From assembly GCA_030151105.1 (NCBI GenBank), contig JASLEN010000081.1, positions 1 to 42,656 of the forward strand: a stretch of DNA of 42,656 nt. The letters are read 5' to 3'. The notes beneath the pieces are model-generated. The model had not been told where the DNA came from, did not search any database, and saw only the letters and a program-made list of their open reading frames with translations. The position numbers were made by a program, and so were the translations under genes. The DNA is from Dysgonomonas sp. (GTDB lineage Bacteria; Bacteroidota; Bacteroidia; Bacteroidales; Dysgonomonadaceae). The number at the start of each line of letters is the position of its first letter. The stretch's first letter is position 1. Of the stretch, positions 38,934 through 42,656 are shown piece by piece.

Positions 38934-40289
38934 ATGGGGCAATTGATGCTGTTTTTAATAGCTTGTTTCACTGGCTTGGTATTGATACGTAATATTCAAG
39001 TTGGATTCGCGCTAACCGTTATATTAAGAATACTTATATTACCCTCAATCTCAATATCTCTTGGAATAACAAATATACTATTAACCCATGTAATAACAAT
39101 TTTACTTTTCTTTGCTTTTTTTATTTTCATATATAAAGAAAAAACAGATAAAAACATCTTACATGAGCGTATCCTAGATAAGATTGTAACTATATTTATA
39201 ATAGCTAATTTCGGTCTAATTATATTCTCGTCATTCGAAGTAAGTATAGTATCCCAGATTAAGTATATAGGCTCAGGATTAATTATACAATTTGCGATTT
39301 GCTATATAATCTGGTATACATACAACACAAGAGAGCAACTTAATAAATTTACAAATCTACTGGCTCTTATCTCTTTATTACTCTTCATCTACGGAATATT
39401 TTGCTACTTAACAATGTCTAATCCTTACATAGGTTTTATAGAATCAATCTTTGGTATTGAAGACTCTATTTTGAGAAGAATGGAAGAAGTTAGGGGAGGA
39501 CTAGAAGGTAGAATACAAGGAACTATGCAGCACGCTTTAACTTGGGGGGGAACATGTTATATATTGTTTTGTTTTTTTATGAGTAAAGGAGTGATAAAGA
39601 GCAATCGTATTATGATACTCTTATGTTCATTGGCTCTTATAAACCTATATTTGTCGGGAAGTCGTTCTGTACTACTTGCTTTTATAATATTAATAATATC
39701 ATATTTCTTCTTGGTAGATAAACCTAAACGAATAAAGATCATAAAAATTTCCTTTTTAATTCTACCCATCTTACTAGTGGTAATTTTCATGTCTGGTTTT
39801 TGGGAAGAGAATCAAGTATTGATAGAGTCAACATTGTTTTTTTGGGATGAATCTGTAGAAGCGAACTCCCAAATAAAAGGCTCATCAACTTCAATGAGAT
39901 TAGATCAACTACTATATGCTATTTTTATGGTAAAAGACTCGTTACTGGGGGGACTTGGTCATGGATATGTTATTGAATATCAACAAACAGAAGGATATCA
40001 CCCTATTTTATTAGGCTTTGAGAGTATTGTATTACAGAAACTTGTAGATAATGGTATTTTAGGGCTTATAGTATGGCTTTTATTTTTTATAGCTTTATTC
40101 TTTTTACCTCGAAAAATAAAAGGAAGGGACAAAGATAGTTCCGCATTATTAGGAGCATATGTCTTAGGCTATCTTGTGTTTTCTATACTAACCGGTTTTA
40201 TGAATACACTTCCTTTATTTCTTTATTTTTATACCCTTATGCTAAAGAATGTCGTATTATCTTCGAACAAATTATCAAAAATTCACTAA
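38934..40289 (+). CDS. wzy: Wzy polymerase / O-antigen ligase-family membrane protein
   Basis: About 11-12 TM segments, R..G…H, SGSRS, GSS..MR, G.G.G and G..G; located among the glycosyltransferases. Confidence 0.75.
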   Translation: MGQLMLFLIACFTGLVLIRNIQVGFALTVILRILILPSISISLGITNILLTHVITILLFFAFFIFIYKEKTDKNILHERILDKIVTIFIIANFGLIIFSSFEVSIVSQIKYIGSGLIIQFAICYIIWYTYNTREQLNKFTNLLALISLLLFIYGIFCYLTMSNPYIGFIESIFGIEDSILRRMEEVRGGLEGRIQGTMQHALTWGGTCYILFCFFMSKGVIKSNRIMILLCSLALINLYLSGSRSVLLAFIILIISYFFLVDKPKRIKIIKISFLILPILLVVIFMSGFWEENQVLIESTLFFWDESVEANSQIKGSSTSMRLDQLLYAIFMVKDSLLGGLGHGYVIEYQQTEGYHPILLGFESIVLQKLVDNGILGLIVWLLFFIALFFLPRKIKGRDKDSSALLGAYVLGYLVFSILTGFMNTLPLFLYFYTLMLKNVVLSSNKLSKIH

Positions 40290-40300
40290 CTAGCTAAATA

Positions 40301-41425
40301 ATGAAAATCCTTTTTTTAATAAATAATGGACAGCCATATGGAGCAAATAAATCACTACTCACTCTGATTAAAGGGTTAGTCGAAAAACATGCGGTATTAC
40401 TCTTTACTCCATTCAACAATAAATTCATAGAGAAAGAAGATAATATACCTAATTTAAATATACCATATTTCCCTTCTATATTTTTCTGTAGACTAAATAT
40501 AAAATATCTATTATTCCCGCTATTACAGCTTCTCAATATATTGGTCTTTCCTTATATGCTATATCGTACACTTAAGTTTAAACCTGATGTGATATATTCT
40601 AATTCTTCTGTAGAAAATATGGGTAAACTATTAGCCTTCTTCACCAGAACTAAATATATAATTCATGTAAGAGAATTTGGCTGGTTAGATTATAGTTTTA
40701 TTAGTGTTTTTGGCAAAAAATTTAAATACAAATATTTAAATTCTGCTGATGGGCTGATTTTTAATTCAGAAATCGTACGATCAAAAGTTATGCCCACTGA
40801 AAAAGAACGAACGAAGTGCAAGGTTATCTATAATGGTATAGAAACTTTAGATTTCAGCTATACGAGAAAAAATGATAGTGTTGGTGATAAAAAGCCAATC
40901 AAAGTAGGTATTATTGGTTACCTTCATAAAAATAAAAGACAGCTAGAAGCACTAGAATACATGAAACCTCTTTTGGAAAAGGATCCATATATTCATTGCT
41001 ATATATATGGTGCAGGAGAACAAGCATATGTAAAAAAAATAAAAAGTTTTATATTAGTTAATAATTTAGAAAAACAAGTCACACTAAAAGGCCATGTAAG
41101 TCAAATGGATCGCATATACCAAGAACTTGATATATCGCTAATGTTTCCTAGGAACGAGGCTTTTGGACGTGTCACAATCGAGTCAATGCTGAGAGGTGTG
41201 CCTGTCATTGCCTATAATGGAGGAGGTAATGCTGAGATCCTAACACATGGTGTTGATGGCTATCTCTTTAAAACACAAGATGAATTTATCTCCTGCTTCG
41301 ATACCTTAACTAACGACAATGTTAAGTATGAAAAAATAAGAGAAATGGGTATAAAAAAAGTCAAAGAAAAATTTGCAACAAACACTTATATCTCAAAGAT
41401 AGAAAAATTTATAGAATGCATATAG
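40301..41425 (+). CDS. Glycosyltransferase family 4
   Basis: YGA..S, HVRE, VIYNGI, K.Q, and EAFGRVTIESM..GVPVI (EX7E motif). Confidence 0.92.
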   Translation: MKILFLINNGQPYGANKSLLTLIKGLVEKHAVLLFTPFNNKFIEKEDNIPNLNIPYFPSIFFCRLNIKYLLFPLLQLLNILVFPYMLYRTLKFKPDVIYSNSSVENMGKLLAFFTRTKYIIHVREFGWLDYSFISVFGKKFKYKYLNSADGLIFNSEIVRSKVMPTEKERTKCKVIYNGIETLDFSYTRKNDSVGDKKPIKVGIIGYLHKNKRQLEALEYMKPLLEKDPYIHCYIYGAGEQAYVKKIKSFILVNNLEKQVTLKGHVSQMDRIYQELDISLMFPRNEAFGRVTIESMLRGVPVIAYNGGGNAEILTHGVDGYLFKTQDEFISCFDTLTNDNVKYEKIREMGIKKVKEKFATNTYISKIEKFIECI

Positions 41426-41448
41426 AAAGGGGAAAACGTAGAGATAGA

Positions 41449-42564
41449 ATGAAAATAGCATTTATATCTACTAGAGGAATACCAAATAACTATGGAGGAT
41501 TTGAGCAGTTTGCCGAATATATCTCTGTAGGATTAGCTGAACGGGGACATGAGGTTGTAGTATATTCTCCTCACTTTCATCCATACAAGGAGAATAGTTA
41601 TAAAGGCGTACGTATAAAACATATATATAGTCCCGAAAATTGGATGGGCAGTTCTATTGGTAGTTTTTTTTATGACTTTATGTCTTTAAAAGATGCTCTG
41701 AGAAAGGAAGATTTTGATATTATCTATGAAGCAGGTTATACGAGTATTGTTCCTGCTTATATTTGGTTTGGAGTAGATAAAATTAGAAAGCCCATTATAA
41801 CTACTAATATGGATGGCTTAGAATATAAACGCACTAAATTTAACAAATGGACGCGTAAATTTCTCTTTTGGGAAGAAAGAACAACGGTAAAATACAGTCA
41901 TTATTTAATAGCAGATAATCTAGGTATTAGAGATTATTACAAAGAGAAATACGGGAAAGCAAGTAAATATTTAGCATATGGTGCTGATATCTATGACAAC
42001 TATAATGAATATCTGCTAAAAGAGTTTACATTAGAAAAAGATAATTATTTACTTGTAATTGCACGTTTGGAGCCCGAAAATAATATTGAGATGATTATCG
42101 AAGGTTATCTTAGATCAAATAGAACGGATAAGCCTTTGATAATTATAGGAAAAACAAATACTCCACATGGTAAATACTTAGTACAAAAATACAAAAACAG
42201 TTCATGTATAAGGTTTTTAGGAGGAATATACGATTTTGACAAAATAAATTCTATACGCTATTTCTCTTCTATATATTTTCATGGACACAGTGTAGGTGGA
42301 ACAAACCCATCTCTACTCGAAGCTATGGCCTCTAGTACATATATATTTGCACACTGCAATGAATTTAACAAATCTGTATTAGGAGATGATGCCTTATATT
42401 TTTCTACAAGTGACGAATTGGTAGAGAAATTGAATACCACAGTAAACATAGAGCAGAAAAATGCTTTTATAGAAAAGAACCTAGATAAGATAAAGAATGA
42501 ATATTCATGGGATAAATTAGTTGCTGATCATGAAGAATATTTTTTTGAATTATTAAAAAAGTAA
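41449..42564 (+). CDS. Glycosyltransferase family 4 with DUF1972 (WchF-like, putative rhamnosyltransferase)
   Basis: TRGIP..YGGFE.F.E, DGLE.KR.K, ARLEPENN and HGHSVGGTNPSLLEAMA. Confidence 0.88.
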   Translation: MKIAFISTRGIPNNYGGFEQFAEYISVGLAERGHEVVVYSPHFHPYKENSYKGVRIKHIYSPENWMGSSIGSFFYDFMSLKDALRKEDFDIIYEAGYTSIVPAYIWFGVDKIRKPIITTNMDGLEYKRTKFNKWTRKFLFWEERTTVKYSHYLIADNLGIRDYYKEKYGKASKYLAYGADIYDNYNEYLLKEFTLEKDNYLLVIARLEPENNIEMIIEGYLRSNRTDKPLIIIGKTNTPHGKYLVQKYKNSSCIRFLGGIYDFDKINSIRYFSSIYFHGHSVGGTNPSLLEAMASSTYIFAHCNEFNKSVLGDDALYFSTSDELVEKLNTTVNIEQKNAFIEKNLDKIKNEYSWDKLVADHEEYFFELLKK

Positions 42565-42573
42565 AAGATAAAA

Positions 42574-42656
42574 ATGAAAATAGCAATAGTAGGAACAGGA
42601 TATGTAGGTCTAGTTACTGGAACCTGTTTTGCCGAAATGGGAACTGATGTAGTTTG
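42574..42656 (+). CDS. ugd: UDP-glucose 6-dehydrogenase (N-terminal part, runs off the window)
   Basis: [27 protein letters not shown], the Rossmann-fold start of the UDP-glucose/GDP-mannose dehydrogenase family. Confidence 0.85.
   Translation, partial: MKIAIVGTGYVGLVTGTCFAEMGTDVV

Noticed and set aside
9638..40536. Short antisense ORFs (60-110 aa) inside susC/D, the sulfatase, wzx, rml and GT genes
   Set aside because: They overlap well-supported genes on the opposite strand and have no motifs.
1..42656. CRISPR array, tRNA/rRNA genes, IS transposase, prophage genes
   Set aside because: No regularly spaced repeats, RNA-gene signatures, or transposase or phage motifs were seen by eye.

Overview
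The window joins three unrelated segments. Bases 1-80 encode the C-terminal part of a MidA/NDUFAF7-type SAM methyltransferase (…HEMGELFKVIAFG). Bases ~81-3340 are GC-rich, Pseudomonas-like DNA with a 3'-truncated hrpA and a REP element. From ~3341 to the end the DNA is AT-rich and Bacteroidales-like (possibly Dysgonomonas). Both junctions interrupt genes and show no mobile-element ends, so a chimeric read or contig is the most likely explanation. The Bacteroidales segment begins with a truncated hypothetical gene next to TATTTATATAAATA palindromes and two secreted adhesin-like proteins. Three small exported proteins follow, under a long leader with mutually exclusive RNA folds and a 38-codon uORF; this is the best candidate for an undescribed regulatory system. 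Next are two divergent SusC/SusD pairs separated by a serine resolvase with a res-like site, then a Ser-type sulfatase. The rest is a ~20 kb Wzx/Wzy-dependent polysaccharide locus: wza-like, wzx, SDR, MenD-like ThDP enzyme, AT3-SGNH acyltransferase, PL8 lyase, wzz, rmlB-rmlA-rmlC without rmlD, pyruvyltransferase family, GT2, wzy, two GT4 genes and the start of ugd. All calls come from motif recognition by eye; no database searches were run.
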